Part shown: in pieces, positions 12,553 to 25,711 of the stretch | Position numbering within the stretch: position 1 is the stretch's first letter | Layout of the letters: every line of letters starts with the position of its first letter | Source of the DNA: Utricularia gibba | Taxonomy: Eukaryota; Plantae; Magnoliophyta | Length of the DNA: 64,000 nucleotides | NCBI GenBank assembly: GCA_002189035.1 | Contig: NEEC01000009.1 | Coordinates: forward strand, 2,232,001 to 2,296,000 | Direction: 5' to 3' | Program-made: the position numbers and the translations under genes | The notes under the pieces: model-generated | What the model saw: only the letters and a program-made list of their open reading frames with translations | What the model was told of the DNA's origin: nothing | Databases searched by the model: none

Positions 12553-12975
12553 TCCCATTATGATGTGTGTGTCTTGCTTCAACCTAACTATGGGATCTTG
12601 CTGAAGCTGGCGTTTTACTTGTGGGCAGCCACTGAAAAACTCCCTTGCCATCAGTTCTGTCATTTAGATTGATCCCTAGATGGGTTTTGTGCGAATCTAT
12701 GGACCGTGCAGATCCTTTGTATTGCCATCCGTTAGAATGCTTTCCTTGAGATTGTAAGGGGAACCTTCATGATGGATTACCTGGTTAGCTTTAGGTGATT
12801 TTCATCTCACTCCCTAGAGATTTGTTTGTCGCTGCTGTTAATTTTCTTGAAGTAGAAAATCGGGCTAATTTAATCCTTCAGTGGGTTTGAGCTGGAGATT
12901 CGGGCCGGGTACAATTTGTAGGAGCGACCCACAACGGATAAATAGTCATTTTTTTTCTCTGGAGGAAGTTAAGCC

Positions 12976-14396
12976 ATGATGACGACGTCGTCCCGTGCTC
13001 TGATTAGTCGGCTAGCACCGGCTTTCTCGGCGCGGCTCCGGCATAACTCGAGGCTGCTGAGTTCATCCTCAGCCTTACCGGAACGTCCGTCATCTTCGCT
13101 GGAAGGTTCCGCCGTCGAGGCGGATGTCGTGGTTATGACGGATAGTTGCGTTAGGGTAATTCTTCTTCCCCACGGCGGATTACTTTGATCTTCCCCTTGA
13201 ATTTTCGTTGGAAATAAACGAAGGATCTTCCTGCTATACGAATTTGATAGATTGAATCCGCTGGTGGTTCTTTATTAATTCGGGGGTTTTGCTGGGTCGC
13301 TGTGATTATTGTACTTATTTGTGAGATGCAGCTCAGTTGTTCACTAATGTTACCCAGAGAATAAAAGAATTGCAAGCGGATGAAAGCGGGGAGAAACTGC
13401 TGCGCTTGAGTATAGAAGCTGGCGGCTGCTCGGGTTTCCAGTATAATTTTTCGCTTGACGATAAGGTCAAAAGCGATGACAGGTTATCCCATTTTGGCAA
13501 TCCCTGAATTTCGCTGCCTGTATTCATTTTGTTCTTGCCGTAAATTTATGATCTGAAGTTTGTTCTTGCAGAATCTTCGAACGTGATGGTGTTAAATTGG
13601 TCGTTGACAACATTTCCTTCGACTTTGTTAAGGGAGCCACTGTTGATTATGTTGAGGAGCTTATTAGATCTGCCTTTCAGGTTTCACTCCCTCTCCTATT
13701 CTCATCTTCGTGTATGGTTCGTTTTTTTTGCGTCCGCCTTTGTATTTGGGCAACCAGTTACGCTGATCCTGGTTACATCATTTTTGTGAAGTTAATCTTC
13801 TTCATGGTTTTCAGGATTGACTTTTTGTGGTAGAAACCATGGCTTATTCTTGTAACCTTGTTGAGTCGACACAAGAACAAAGAAAGTAGTTTTTTTACAA
13901 AATCATTTCCATAGTCGACATAAGATGCATATTTCTGTATAGCAAAAGAGAGCTATTATGCGTTTTCCATCCTTGTGTTACATCAGAAATATATGACTTC
14001 GTGTTAATGATAAACCATTGAAAGTTTCTATCTTGAAAAGTCACCATCAAACTTAGCCTGCTGCCATGTAATCGTATGCAATATGATCATCATCAATGTA
14101 TGGTTTTCCTTCTATGTGGTTTACGTCCATGTGTGTGCTAATGTTTTCCATCAAGCGACACTACATTCTATTAAGTTTTGCTGTACCTTCTCAAATTACA
14201 CATATAGAATCATGTATGGTATACGAGTGTTCCGCCATGCTTGCCTATTACTGGTTCCAGATTTCATACTTCGTTTATAAGGAACAGTCTTGAAATGATC
14301 AAATATGCCATTGTGTTTCCCCTCTATATGCAGGTCTCAGCAAATCCAAGTGCAGTTGGTGGCTGTAGCTGTAAAAGTTCATTCATGGTCAAGTAG
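12976..14396 (+). CDS. ISCA2: Mitochondrial iron-sulfur assembly protein IscA-like 2, 4 exons
   Basis: Mitochondrial-type presequence; [49 protein letters not shown]. Confidence 0.93.
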
Positions 14397-15314
14397 TTCT
14401 GTACTTGAGTGAGATTTATTCATCTTGATGCAGATGCTACTATTTAACAAAGGAATGTATGGATTTCGTTGAATCGGGAATAGAATACCTGTAGAGGCTT
14501 AGAGCATTCCTCTAACTTACAGTTCAAGGCAATTGGTCTCCTTGATCTGTGCATTAGAGATACAATTCAGGTCTCTGAAGTATCATGTGTGGTGATGGTT
14601 TTTTGTCTGATTTCTGACGATAAATAGAATAAACAGAAATTGCCAAAATAACAGTGAAAAAGATAATGAGCAATTTTTTGTTTCTCATATCCCAAAGATT
14701 TGGGAACCGGTTTCTTCCGTTTAGGAGAGAGTGCCATGATGGCATTCTGTGAACATATTTTGCAACAAACACATGCCTACAGGTCTTTTTTGTACGACCC
14801 AAATATTTGTTGGAACTATATTTTGCCTTGTAGAGCTTGTTTCAGACCCTACACCCACTTCAGTCTCCTTCAGATACGTCTTTGAAGGTGCTGGCCTGGA
14901 GATTTGCTTGCAGAGATTGGTGATTTTGAAAGGGTGAAACTTTCCTCCTCCGAATACTATTTGAGTGCACACAGTTGTGTTCTTGAAAGCGTAGCGCTGG
15001 GAATTTTGCATGTGGCAGAGATTGGTGAATTTAGCAGGTAAAAAATTCGCAAATGGGTAAGAACCTTGCACGTGTGAACTGTGTTTCCCTGCTTTGAAAT
15101 GTGCTCTTTCATGAATGATTCTTGGTTTGCATTTCTCGCTTTTTTCACTTAGATTTCACCGACTTGCTTCCATGTTTGATAACAGTGAAGTGAGTTTATA
15201 TCCAGATGAACGGGAAGATGAAGGAACAGTAACAAAGCTACAACTACGGTGAAGAAGTCGATCTCGAATCCTCGTATAAGCTAAAATATTTCCAAATGGT
15301 CCTCTCAACTTGAT

Positions 15315-16757
15315 TCAGTTAGGCAAACTACAGGTCCTTCGCATCCCTTTCAACACCCCGTCCCCCTACTCTCTTTGCATTGCATCTGAGCTTGTGCTTT
15401 CTCTCGTGCTTCCTCATTTGCCTGTCATCAAAGAGGCTGCATTGATTCCCTTGATCACATGAACATGAACTTACCGACCTAATTACTTGTGTATAACTTG
15501 CCTGCTGCTTCCTTTGCCTCTCGATCTCAGCCTGTTGCAGAATTTAAGATTTGTTCAGATTCAGATTCTTGATGGATGAAGCTGTGTATAGTGAGTGTAT
15601 GTGTTATGAAAACTTGATGATGTTTACCAGACGCTGTTTCATGTGAGCGTTCTCCTCTTTCAGCTGGTTCAATTCTGCTTCAAGCTCCACGGTGTAAGCC
15701 TGCAACACAATGGAAACCTAGAATCAACCAACCACTCAGAAGACCAACACCCAGTCCATTTTATTCCAACCTGTTTCCTAGCCCTGGATCGGGCTGCAGA
15801 CTCCCTGTTCTTGATCATTCTTCTCTGTCTCCTCTCCACTACTTTCTCCACTGGCCCATCCAGAGTTCTCTTTCTTCCTCCCCTGCCGCTCAACTCAGCT
15901 CCATACTGATTGTTCACGCATTCCGGCGACATTGGGCTCGCCGGTGACTCCATTCGCACCGCTCCCAATCCGTTCCCATAGCTGCCGCAGTAATTAGCAG
16001 CAGCAGCTGGTGTCTGTGGCTGAGCCTGAGGGTAGACTACGTCACTCTTCATTCCTCCTGTGAAACCATGGGGAGGATGCACCTCCACTACAAGGCCGTG
16101 GTATCCAACATTCTTGGCGGCCCTCGCGGCGGGGATCATCCCCGGGGTAACATACGTAGTTCCCACTGGTGCGATGCCCTGATACATACCATTATACTGC
16201 ACCACCGGCGGCGCCGGTGAGGCGGCAGCGGCAGTGTAGTTCTGCTCTCTTACAACTCCGGCGCGCACCAGAAAATCTTCCAGTGTCATCTCCCCAAACG
16301 TGGGCTGTTCCTGAGCTGCATTAGGATTCTGAAACTGGTGACCATTCTCGTGACCTCCGTTCTGGAGATCATTACAATGAATTTCCGACCACACTTGGTC
16401 AACGGTTTTCCGACAGAGGGTCTCCGGCAGGCTGAGAGATCCTTGCCTGGCCAGGCTCCCTGACTCCTTCCCTACCACTCCCTTATCACCCAACAAGCCC
16501 AATTCCGCCACCGCGTCTCCATCAGCGGCTCCGGCCGCCGCCTGAGCTTGATTCTCCTCCGCCGTCCATATACTATTGATGAACTCATCCATGTTCATGG
16601 ACCCAAAATTCTTCCCACTCTCACACAGTGTATGCTGAAGCTCGTCCATGGTCAGCGAGTATATCGACGACTGTCTCCCCAACGGCTGCGCCACCGCCGT
16701 CGTCGATTGTTGCTCTGCCTCCTGACTCAACCCATTGCCCTGATCTCCAGTAGCCAT
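15315..16757 (-). CDS. ABI5: ABI5-like group A bZIP; exons 16757-15771, 15699-15628, 15531-15502, 15421-15315 (as written, stop at 15352-15350)
   Basis: LGRQSSIYSLT, LCESGKNFGSMNMDEF, LARQGSLSLP, QPTFGEMTLEDFL, RRQRRMIKNRESAARSRARKQ, AYTVELEAELNQLKEEN. Confidence 0.93.
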
Positions 16758-17070
16758 GTCCCCTTACCACACTTGTATAAAGACAACACCCCACCAACCC
16801 TCCAAGAGAACACCTCAGCCCAGCAAGCTCCCACACACAACCATCAATGGCGGATGTATTCAAAAGTGAAACTGAACGAGTAGTTGCAGTGTTAGTGGTG
16901 TAGTGAGGTTGGAGAAGCTAAAAGCAAAATGGATAAAATTGATATTCCTTGAGTCGGAGTTAAGTTCCCTTCTATAATTGGAGTTCGCAGTTGTTGAGAT
17001 TGAGGGACACGTATGAGACATGTGTCCTCGAGTCCTCCCCCAGACAGGGTACTGCAGCTTCTTACCGCAA

Positions 17071-17076
17071 CACGTG
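17071..17076. promoter_or_regulatory. G-box/ABRE (ACACGTGT) upstream of ABI5
   Basis: CACGTG about 310 bp upstream of the ABI5 ATG; further ACACGT near 17008-17013. Confidence 0.45.
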
Positions 17077-20000
17077 TTCGTCTCTGAATCCGGGTCGGGT
17101 CCATTCGTGTTCCTATTGGGTAAAGGATTGGGCTTCGTCTTGCGGATAAAGACAGTTAAATGAGCTTCATGTCCATTTCACACGGGCTCATAGAAGCACT
17201 ATTCCTCATGCACAGTGGGCCTCACGTCCAATTCACATCGATTCAGGCTCAAATGGTTTTAACTCAAAAGCCTTAACATATGGGCCCGTTCTCTAAATAT
17301 AGGCCCAATATGTAGTCCCGCGCTTCAAACGGCTAGTATCGCATGCGTGTTTAGGGAAAAACATGCCTAATATTATAATTTATTTTCCAACTTTTGAAAA
17401 ACCAGTAGAAAAGCAATTTTATTGTTAAATATTTTTTAAAATATCACAAATTTAAAAATATTCTTTTATTTTTAACAAGACACAAATATCCAAATTTTAT
17501 TTTATTAAAATCAAGCTGCAAATGTCCTAAATCCCAAGGTAGTGTTTGGTTGACGGGATTTAAGGGTATGATTATTAATAAATTTGGTATTTTATGAAAA
17601 TTTTTAATTAAATATACATGAATTTATTCACAATCGCATCCTTCTTTTATTTTACTTAATACCACTTAATCTTATTTATAATCTCACTAACTAAATATTA
17701 TCTAAAAAAAACTAATTTTTTACATCATTTCTATTTAAACCCAAGTAGATTAGATCATTTTATCTTATTTCCATCAATAACACACTTACTAAACTGTTCC
17801 TCTACTCCACAATCTTAGAATGGTAAGGTCATGCGGTGGTGGCCTTCCAGCATTGGCAATGAAGAAACTGGAAACAGCACCGCCCCAGTTCCTGTTCTAG
17901 TGAGCCGCAAGTTGGTTCGAAGATTGAAATAGAGGAGGAGGTCAAAGATGGGAGTGTGAAGTCGTGATCGTTGATGCAGCGTCCGCATCTGCAGTGTGTA
18001 TCGTAATGGGTGGGATAGTTTTTTTGTTTTATGCATGGAGGGAGGAGGCATCGGTCGCATGCAGTGCAGTTATTGCGTAACCTTGTGCTTTCCCCTCTGA
18101 GGGAATCAATCTGGGAGAGGCTCAGTCTGCTCCAGATATCTGGCGCCGATGGTCCCCCTCCCCCGACCAGGTGCTGTCTCGATGTGCCCATTACGCTATC
18201 GCAACACAAGAAAAGAATCCAAGATATATATTTTTGGCAGCAGCAGCGGCAGTAGCAGGAGCAGCAGCAGAGCTGGCCAGGAATCTGGATCGCTGGTCCC
18301 CCGGCGTGCACTGCATCAGGTGCTGCGCGCCTCTGCTTCCCCGGGCTTGTGTCGTCAACAACTCAACGGCGACCTTACGGACACCCCACGGGGTTGCTTG
18401 TCTTCTTCTCCACGCTGCGCCCCAATGGCTCTGGCCTTCGACCCAGAGGGACCCGAGCTGGCTCCTGATGAGCCATTCCAGACCAGAGTGGCGTGGCGGA
18501 TGCGGTGGTTGCTACCATACCATGTTGTGCATGTGCAGTGAGGCATCATGGTATGGTGGATTAATTTAGGGCATTGAAATCCGAAGCAGACAGCGCATGT
18601 GTCCATGGTGGCGAGACGAGGCTGAAAAGGACCAAATCCCCCACTAAACCTACCACATGTAATTTAATAACGTGGATCCCCCCATCAAATCATACGCCCT
18701 TTTTCCCTTCGTGTTTTCCCCCTCCGGCAACTGTCGAATATTACGACTAACTTTCATTCTCATTCTCCATCAGACACCAGATCCATTCAGATCCACCACC
18801 CAAGCTCTCGGGCAGGGTTTCGGGTTGCTTTTGGAAGATGAAAGTCCATGTTTGAAATCAACTAAGGTTATTTTTAATATAGTTTCTTGATAATTGATTC
18901 TAAAAAAAAAAAAGAAAATAAGATTTTTCAGCTCCAAAAAAATGAAAAATGTTTCTAATTTTTTTTAATTTTTTGAAATAAAAATCGTTCATATTTAATA
19001 ACAAAATTTTTCATACAACACTTTTCCAAAGCCATAAACTATGGCAAACAGTGTGGTTTGTGTGATTGAATAAACTATTTCTACTTAATTCATAAGTAGA
19101 AGTTATTATACAAATAGATGTAAAATAATTAGAAAAAATTTATTTGAAATTAAGTAGTCTACTTATTGAATAAGTCACATTTTATCAACTTATGTGATAA
19201 GTTATTGAAATAATTAAAATTGAAATAAATTACGAATGAGTAGAAATTAAGTTTTAGAATAAAAAGAGATATTTTGTAAAATAATTACTTTTATTTTTAC
19301 TTTAATTCATAAGTTACAAAATAAATCAAACAGACTACATTCTTAATCTTTCTTTAGTTCTACCTTTCAAAAATCAGTTATAATTAAACACTGATCATGC
19401 CGAATTTGTTAAAAATAAGAATTGTTTCTAAACTTCTATTCTTTTCAATATAAAAATCGCATTTTTTTCAAATACATAACATATACAAATAGAGTTTTAA
19501 TTTTCATTAAGTATCATTTAAAAAAATGGTAACCTTATCTTTATCTTTCATTCAATTTTGTATATATACCATGATCATTATTCTCATATACTCAAATAAG
19601 AATGACCATTTTTATAATAATGGATGGAATGAAGGCATCCCGTGGATCCTACCTACGACCTCAACGATACTCTTAATTGGGTGTTAATAACCTCTTTATA
19701 TCCCTTGGTGTGAAGGGTGGCGCCGATGTCCCCTTCATTTATTACTTTCATAACTATAATTGCTTCACCATTAATTTCAAATTAATTCTTTTTTTATTTA
19801 CCTCATTTGATGTTAAAATCCATTTTCCAGAATTAATGATAATTTAGTTTTTTATTTAATTTTCATAAATGAAAATAAAATTAATCGAATCGAAATTAAT
19901 ATTCTGAATTAATTAAAAAAAAGGGCAGGGCAGAGGAGAAGGCAAATGTAGGCTTTAGGTTTTAGGCTAGGTTCGTTAGTTCGACTCTCAATTTATTTTT

Positions 20001-21105
20001 TCGTAAAGTAGGTCCCCAGGCTACGAGAATTTGCAAACAGCCCCCTACTTTTCTAGGAAATTGCATCAGCCCCTCTCCGTACAACCATGCGTTTTTATAG
20101 CATTTTTTTAATATTACGAAAATAATATTATTAAAATAGTTTTTGAGCATTATTTAGAAGATTTAATAAATAAAAATGGGAATTTATCAATAGTTATTGG
20201 GTGTCTTGGTGGTGGTCCCCACTTAAGCAGACACTGTGATGGGTGATGGGGCTGACTCCAAGAAATTGAAATTAAAACCTTTTTAATTAAAAAAAGGGGA
20301 GAAGAAGAGGAAACTGGAATCCAGCAAAGTACAGTGAGAGGAGAAGAGAAGGGAGGGGAGAACAGGGGGAGTAAATGCGAGTAGCCAAGTGGATTTTTTG
20401 GCCTGTACTCTGAAGGGTGTCTTCTCCGCGGAACGCCCTCATCCACTGAATTACGCTACAGGAGGACAAGAAACGAAAAAAAGGTTTTTTTTGGTTTTTA
20501 TTGCTTGATTTCTGAGTTGATGGGTGGAGGCTAATTTGGGTTGGTGAGATTTGTCCTGTAAAAGGAGTTCTTTGGGTTTCCCCTTTCTGGTGGAGGAGTC
20601 AATGTCCTAGATCTCACGTTTTTTCAGGTGAATTGCTTTCCCTGTGACTTTTTCTTTTGCCAATCTTGCTCCATTTTAGATTTTGGTACATTCTCTGGAG
20701 AACCCTTTCTTTTCTTTCTTTTTCTTTTCTTCAAGCTCTCCTACATTTTGTCTTTGAGATACTATGATTTTCTTGGGCTTTGTGGCTAATTGATTGTTGG
20801 AGTTTTCGTTTTGAAATAAAGAGGTTGAAATTGTGGTGGGAAAGTGGTAAAAGTTTGACTTTTGTTTATGGTGTTGAAGATGGGGATTAGAGTGCTTGCT
20901 ATATAAGCGGATTGATGATTGTGTGTGGATGATATGATTGGACGGCATGTTAATTGTGTCTCACTGGAGTGGTTTGAGTGTTTTCAGTCCATTTCAGCTC
21001 ATTACACGCGTTACTGTTTTGAAGGAGCAGGTGCTGTTCTAGAAATCTGATGGCCTAGGCGGCTGTAGAAGTTGAGGGTATTGAAGGATAAGTTGGCTGT
21101 GAGTG

Positions 21106-23616
21106 ATGGGGTCGTTTAGAGCTTGCGAGATCCTTGAGACCAAGGATAAGAAGGTTACAGTTTTTGGATCTCAGAGGGTGTGTGGACAGGGGAGAGAGCA
21201 GAAGCCTCCAGTACAGGGAACTCGATGCAAGATGGTTTTGGATGATGACATCAACAGGTTGTTTGATACTTTGAATCTCAGGACATCCAAAAGTGTTGAT
21301 CTTCCGGATCGAAGTAGAAATGCTTCAAAGAAGCCAATGAGAGGTGCAGGCCCTTATTCACCAGGAATCGGTTTCTCTGAGCCAGTGTCTCTTAAACAGG
21401 CTCTGAGAGGCTTATGCGTCTCCCAGGCAGTGGAAATGGCTGCTATTAAGCGATCATCCATTCCTGCATCTCCAAGAACATCAGAAACTGGGAAAATGGG
21501 CAGTATGTACAGATCCGGTGTGGTTGAAGTTGCTGATTATGGTCACTCTCCACTAAGGGGTGGGCAACAAAGAAAAGGGATTTCTACAGTGCCCGGAGAT
21601 GCTTCCCCCATGCCTCCAGATTCTCCTTCTTCTGCTGATAAACCAGTTGAGACCACGACCTCAGCAGTTGCTCCTAAAGGGATTGAATCCACTTCAGAAT
21701 CCACCACACCGTTAACAGAGTTACCAAAGGGTTGCGAATTGTCTTCTGCTGCTCACCCCGAAAACAATGATCATGATAATTTGACCAAATTTGAGATTAA
21801 AAACTCTGGTTCGAACAAGGTTGCTGATGTTGTCTGTGATAATTTAGCCATGTCTACTGCAGCAGATGAGAAGAGAGCATGCAAGCAAAGACAGAAATCC
21901 AGAACGGCTGTGGCTACTACAGTGAAGTCAAAGGGCATAAAAGATTTGAATTCAACCAAAAATATACCACGGGGATCCAGGCCTGCTGTGAGGTCCAAGA
22001 GTGTTGTCATAAAGAAAGCAGCTAAAGTAGCCCTATCGGCAGAAAGACATTCAAAACCATCCCATCTAAAGAAGAAAGGTGAAGATCAGTCTGCAGGGGT
22101 GACTGTTTGCACGAGATGTCAATGTTCTATGAGAGATACAGATAAGGATAATGGCACGTATCCCTCTAGCACCATTTCCGTCATCAAAGCTGATAAACCC
22201 TCAAAGAAAAATGGCAAAGGCGATGTGTCTCTGAGCTCAAAGAGCAGCGTTGATCATAGTAGCAGCACAACCAGTCTCAGTGATGACAGCAACCTGAGTA
22301 GTTTTCACTGCAGCAACAAACCACATATGTCGAAGGATATAAGGTGGAAAGCTGTCAATCATGTAATAGAAAAGTGTGGCTCTTTAGGTCTGAGGCATTT
22401 CAGCTTGTTGAAGAAACTTGGTTCTGGCGACATCGGTACCGTCTATCTTGCTGAACTGGTAGGAACAAATTGCCGGTTTGCAATAAAGGTCATGGATAAC
22501 GAGTTCTTGGCAAGACGAAAGAAGATGCCTCGTGCACAAACTGAGAGAGAAATCCTCAAGATGCTAGACCATCCCTTTCTCCCTACCCTTTATGCTCAGT
22601 TTACCTCAGACAATTTGTCATGCTTGGTTCTGGAGTTTTGTCCTGGTGGGGATCTACATGTCCTTCGGCAGCGGCAACCTGGCCGATATTTCCCTGAAGA
22701 GGCTGCAAGGTACAAATTCACAGCCCTTGATATGAGTAATTGGCTGTTTCTATGAATGATGAGTAAAAGTTTTAACTTCCATGATCGCAGGTTTTATGTA
22801 GCGGAGGTCCTTCTGGCCCTTGAGTATCTACACATGCTGGGGATTGTGTATCGTGATCTGAAACCTGAAAACATCCTCGTTCGAGATGACGGTCATATAA
22901 TGCTGACAGACTTCGACCTCTCCCTGAGATGCACCGTCAACCCAACTCTAATCAAATCCTCTTCGACGCAATTCGAGCCACCAAGGTTCTCGGGTCAGTG
23001 TGCAGGCTCAAGCTGCATCGACCCTTTCTGCACTGGACCAACATGCAAAGTATCATGCATTACACCCCGGCTATATCCACACTCATCAAGAGCAAGGAAG
23101 CTACGGAGTGACCCTTCACTGCTAGCAGGATCATTGCCTCAGCTTGTAGCAGAGCCAACAGAGGCTCGATCCAACTCTTTTGTGGGCACTCACGAGTACC
23201 TTGCTCCGGAGATCATCAAAGGTGAGGGCCATGGCAGTGCTGTAGATTGGTGGACACTGGGGATCTTCCTCTACGAGCTTCTTTACGGAAGAACGCCTTT
23301 CAAGGGACCTGGGAATGAAGAGACGCTGACCAACGTTGTGTTGCAGAACCTGAGGTTCCCAGATACCCCCATCGTGAGTTTTCATGCCAGGGACCTCATC
23401 AGGAGCCTGCTGGTGAAGGAGCCAGAGAGTCGGCTCGGTACCGGAACCGGTGCTGGAGAGATCAAGCGTCACCCCTTCTTCCATGGCCTCAACTGGGCAC
23501 TTGTTCGATCTGCAACACCACCCCAGGTTCCTGAAATCGTTGAGTTTGAGAACAAGGAGAAAAGCTTCCTGGAGTACGGTAGCAATGGAGAGAAGCTGGA
23601 GTTTGAGCTGTTCTGA
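21106..23616 (+). CDS. KIPK: AGCVIII/AGC1 Ser/Thr kinase, KIPK-like; exons 21106-22709, 22791-23616
   Basis: [32 protein letters not shown] motif with insertion, [15 protein letters not shown]-terminal EFELF PIF; long Ser/Lys-rich N-terminus. Confidence 0.88.
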
Positions 23617-25515
23617 GCGAAGGAAGAAGCACTTGTGTGTTATGTAAATTTTTCCCACTTTCACTATGACAACTGCCACTACTAATGTGTGATGTAAACT
23701 GGGAAAATGTCCCCCCCTTCAACCTAAATACGCTCCACCATTTCAACCAAAGACTTGTTCCTTCTCCTTTCTTGCATCAAATTGGATCTCTTGCTTCTGA
23801 CTCCAAGTTCTTTCCTGTGGGTTGGTCATCACCCCATGTGAGCTTCCCCGAACACCCCAGCCCAACGACATTCTCTGTATCCTTAAGCCAAGAAGCCATT
23901 GAGATGATGGCGATTTCATCCATACAAGAGTTTAAGCAGAGGTGATGATTTGGTCAAAGGCTCCATTCTCAATGTTTAATGGAACAGTATCAAGTTCAGT
24001 GTATGAGGGGAGCTCCCATTACTACACAACATCTCTTGAAAAAGATCAAATTAGAGGAGCACTACCACATTTCTCGAAGGAGGAGGTCTACATTTACTTG
24101 ACTCAGAGTGATCCAAGTCTTCAATGATTCTGCAGATTTGTCTCTTTGATTTCCTGAGAGCTACCAGACGCACGTCCTGTCCATCTCAAGTAGGTTTTCC
24201 CCCCCTTACAAATAAATTTAATGTGCTGCCTCTAAGTCTTCTGCACTACTACACTTAACATGTCTCAGACACACACACACCTTATAAGAATGTCTAAAAC
24301 ACCATTTTTCTTAGCAAAGAATTTTTCGTAATCGATTAGATCTAATACTTTAAGATATGAAAAAATGTGAGGTTTATGATTAGATCTAATGATCGAAATG
24401 TCAATTAAATTTCATCGAAATTTAAAGCAATGGCGGAATTATGCCAATGTAGTTTGTATTTTTTTCGAGTATAATAAGTTGGGGTTTTTGGTATATACAA
24501 TAACCATTTGTGGTTTATAAAAGGGAATGGAGAGATTAAAATAAAATGGGCAGGCCAAATGGTGCGAAAATGATGGATGGGGTGGGGTGGGGTTGATGTG
24601 GTGCGGAGCGGTGCAGTGGACCGAAGGCAGGGGAAGAAAACTGGGGGTGGATCCGTGGGCATGAGTGGTCGATCGCGAGTGGGTGACGCTACGTGAGGGC
24701 TGCAGCACCTGGATCAGCCTGCGCGGGGACCAATGCGCCAGATGGATCTGGAACATCCATCACACGCCGTTGATTCAGATCTGACGTCATTTCTCCATCC
24801 AGCTAAAAAACAAAACCCCTTGAGCTTTGTTTCTTTGCCTATTTATTTTATTCCCCATTAAATCAATAAACAAATAAACACCCATTCCTCCCCCTTTTCC
24901 CTTTCTAAAAACACCCGAATCGGGTCGACCCGAAAGACACCCAAGTTTGGGTCCGGGTTGTCCTGCATGGCTTCATTACCAAAAAAAAAGAAGGGGGGAT
25001 GGAAATGTCGGAAATGCCCATGGGGGTGAAACGAGCGAGCGGTCAACGAGGTGGTTGCGTGCGTGGTGAGAATGGGAAGGAAATGTACGAAGATAAGTGG
25101 CAGAGGCGTTATCGCCAATTGATATCCGTTCACCCCAATCCAACAACGTCGTACCAGCCCCACCCTAAGCCAGCCCTACTTCCTCACATGCCTACGCCCC
25201 GCCCCGCCCCGATCATTTCTGCCCCCCAAACTCCGATCGTTTCGTGGCTGGGTTTAGCAAGACAGAAGCTTGTTACCCTGAAGGTCCCGATTCTGTCTGC
25301 TGCCATTGGAGTGAAGGGAAATGGTAGCAGAAAGGGAATAGTGAAGTGTGGGTTGGTAGGGGATAGATGATGCCATGCTTGATGGGTGGGAAAGGGGTTC
25401 CCTTTTGGGATTCAAAGAATATAGTAATGAAAAGCAATTATCAGACGATGTATAAGGATATTTGAGTTTCAGGGGACACGGATGCGGGCGGGTCATGATA
25501 CATGTGTATTATGTT

Positions 25516-25516
<1 letters not shown>

Positions 25517-25546
<30 letters not shown>
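25517..25546. repeat. (GT)15 microsatellite about 170 bp upstream of the trihelix gene
   Basis: Read directly from the sequence. Confidence 0.9.
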
Positions 25547-25549
<3 letters not shown>

Positions 25550-25711
25550 GTGGATGTGTATATATATAGAGAGATAAGAGTATGGAGTAGTCAAGTAGAG
25601 TAGACGAGGAAGATACTTCTCTATCAGTTCATTTTCATGGTCGAGGCCCAAAATCTTGTCCATTTCTACTCTTCATAAAGATTCTGTTTCCGATCGACCG
25701 GGGCAGCCGAC

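Noticed and set aside
14554-15148. Minus ORFs (82-116 aa), one with a hydrophobic stretch, and a 14-bp direct repeat GCAGAGATTGGTGA (about 14910 and 15016)
   Set aside because: No recognisable domain or splice structure; lies in the 3' regions of ISCA2 and ABI5
17340-19350. AT-rich segments with GTGTTT(G/A)G-like ends suggestive of MITEs
   Set aside because: No matching terminal inverted repeat pair or target-site duplication could be defined
23131-23746. 182-aa and 85-aa minus-strand ORFs
   Set aside because: Antisense shadows of the kinase coding region
24005-24017. GAGGGGAGCTCCC resembling the 3' part of miR319/miR159
   Set aside because: The 5' half of the mature miRNA and a star arm are absent
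24999-25370. 123-aa plus-strand ORF upstream of the PTL-like gene
   Set aside because: Low-complexity, no known motif, in a promoter region
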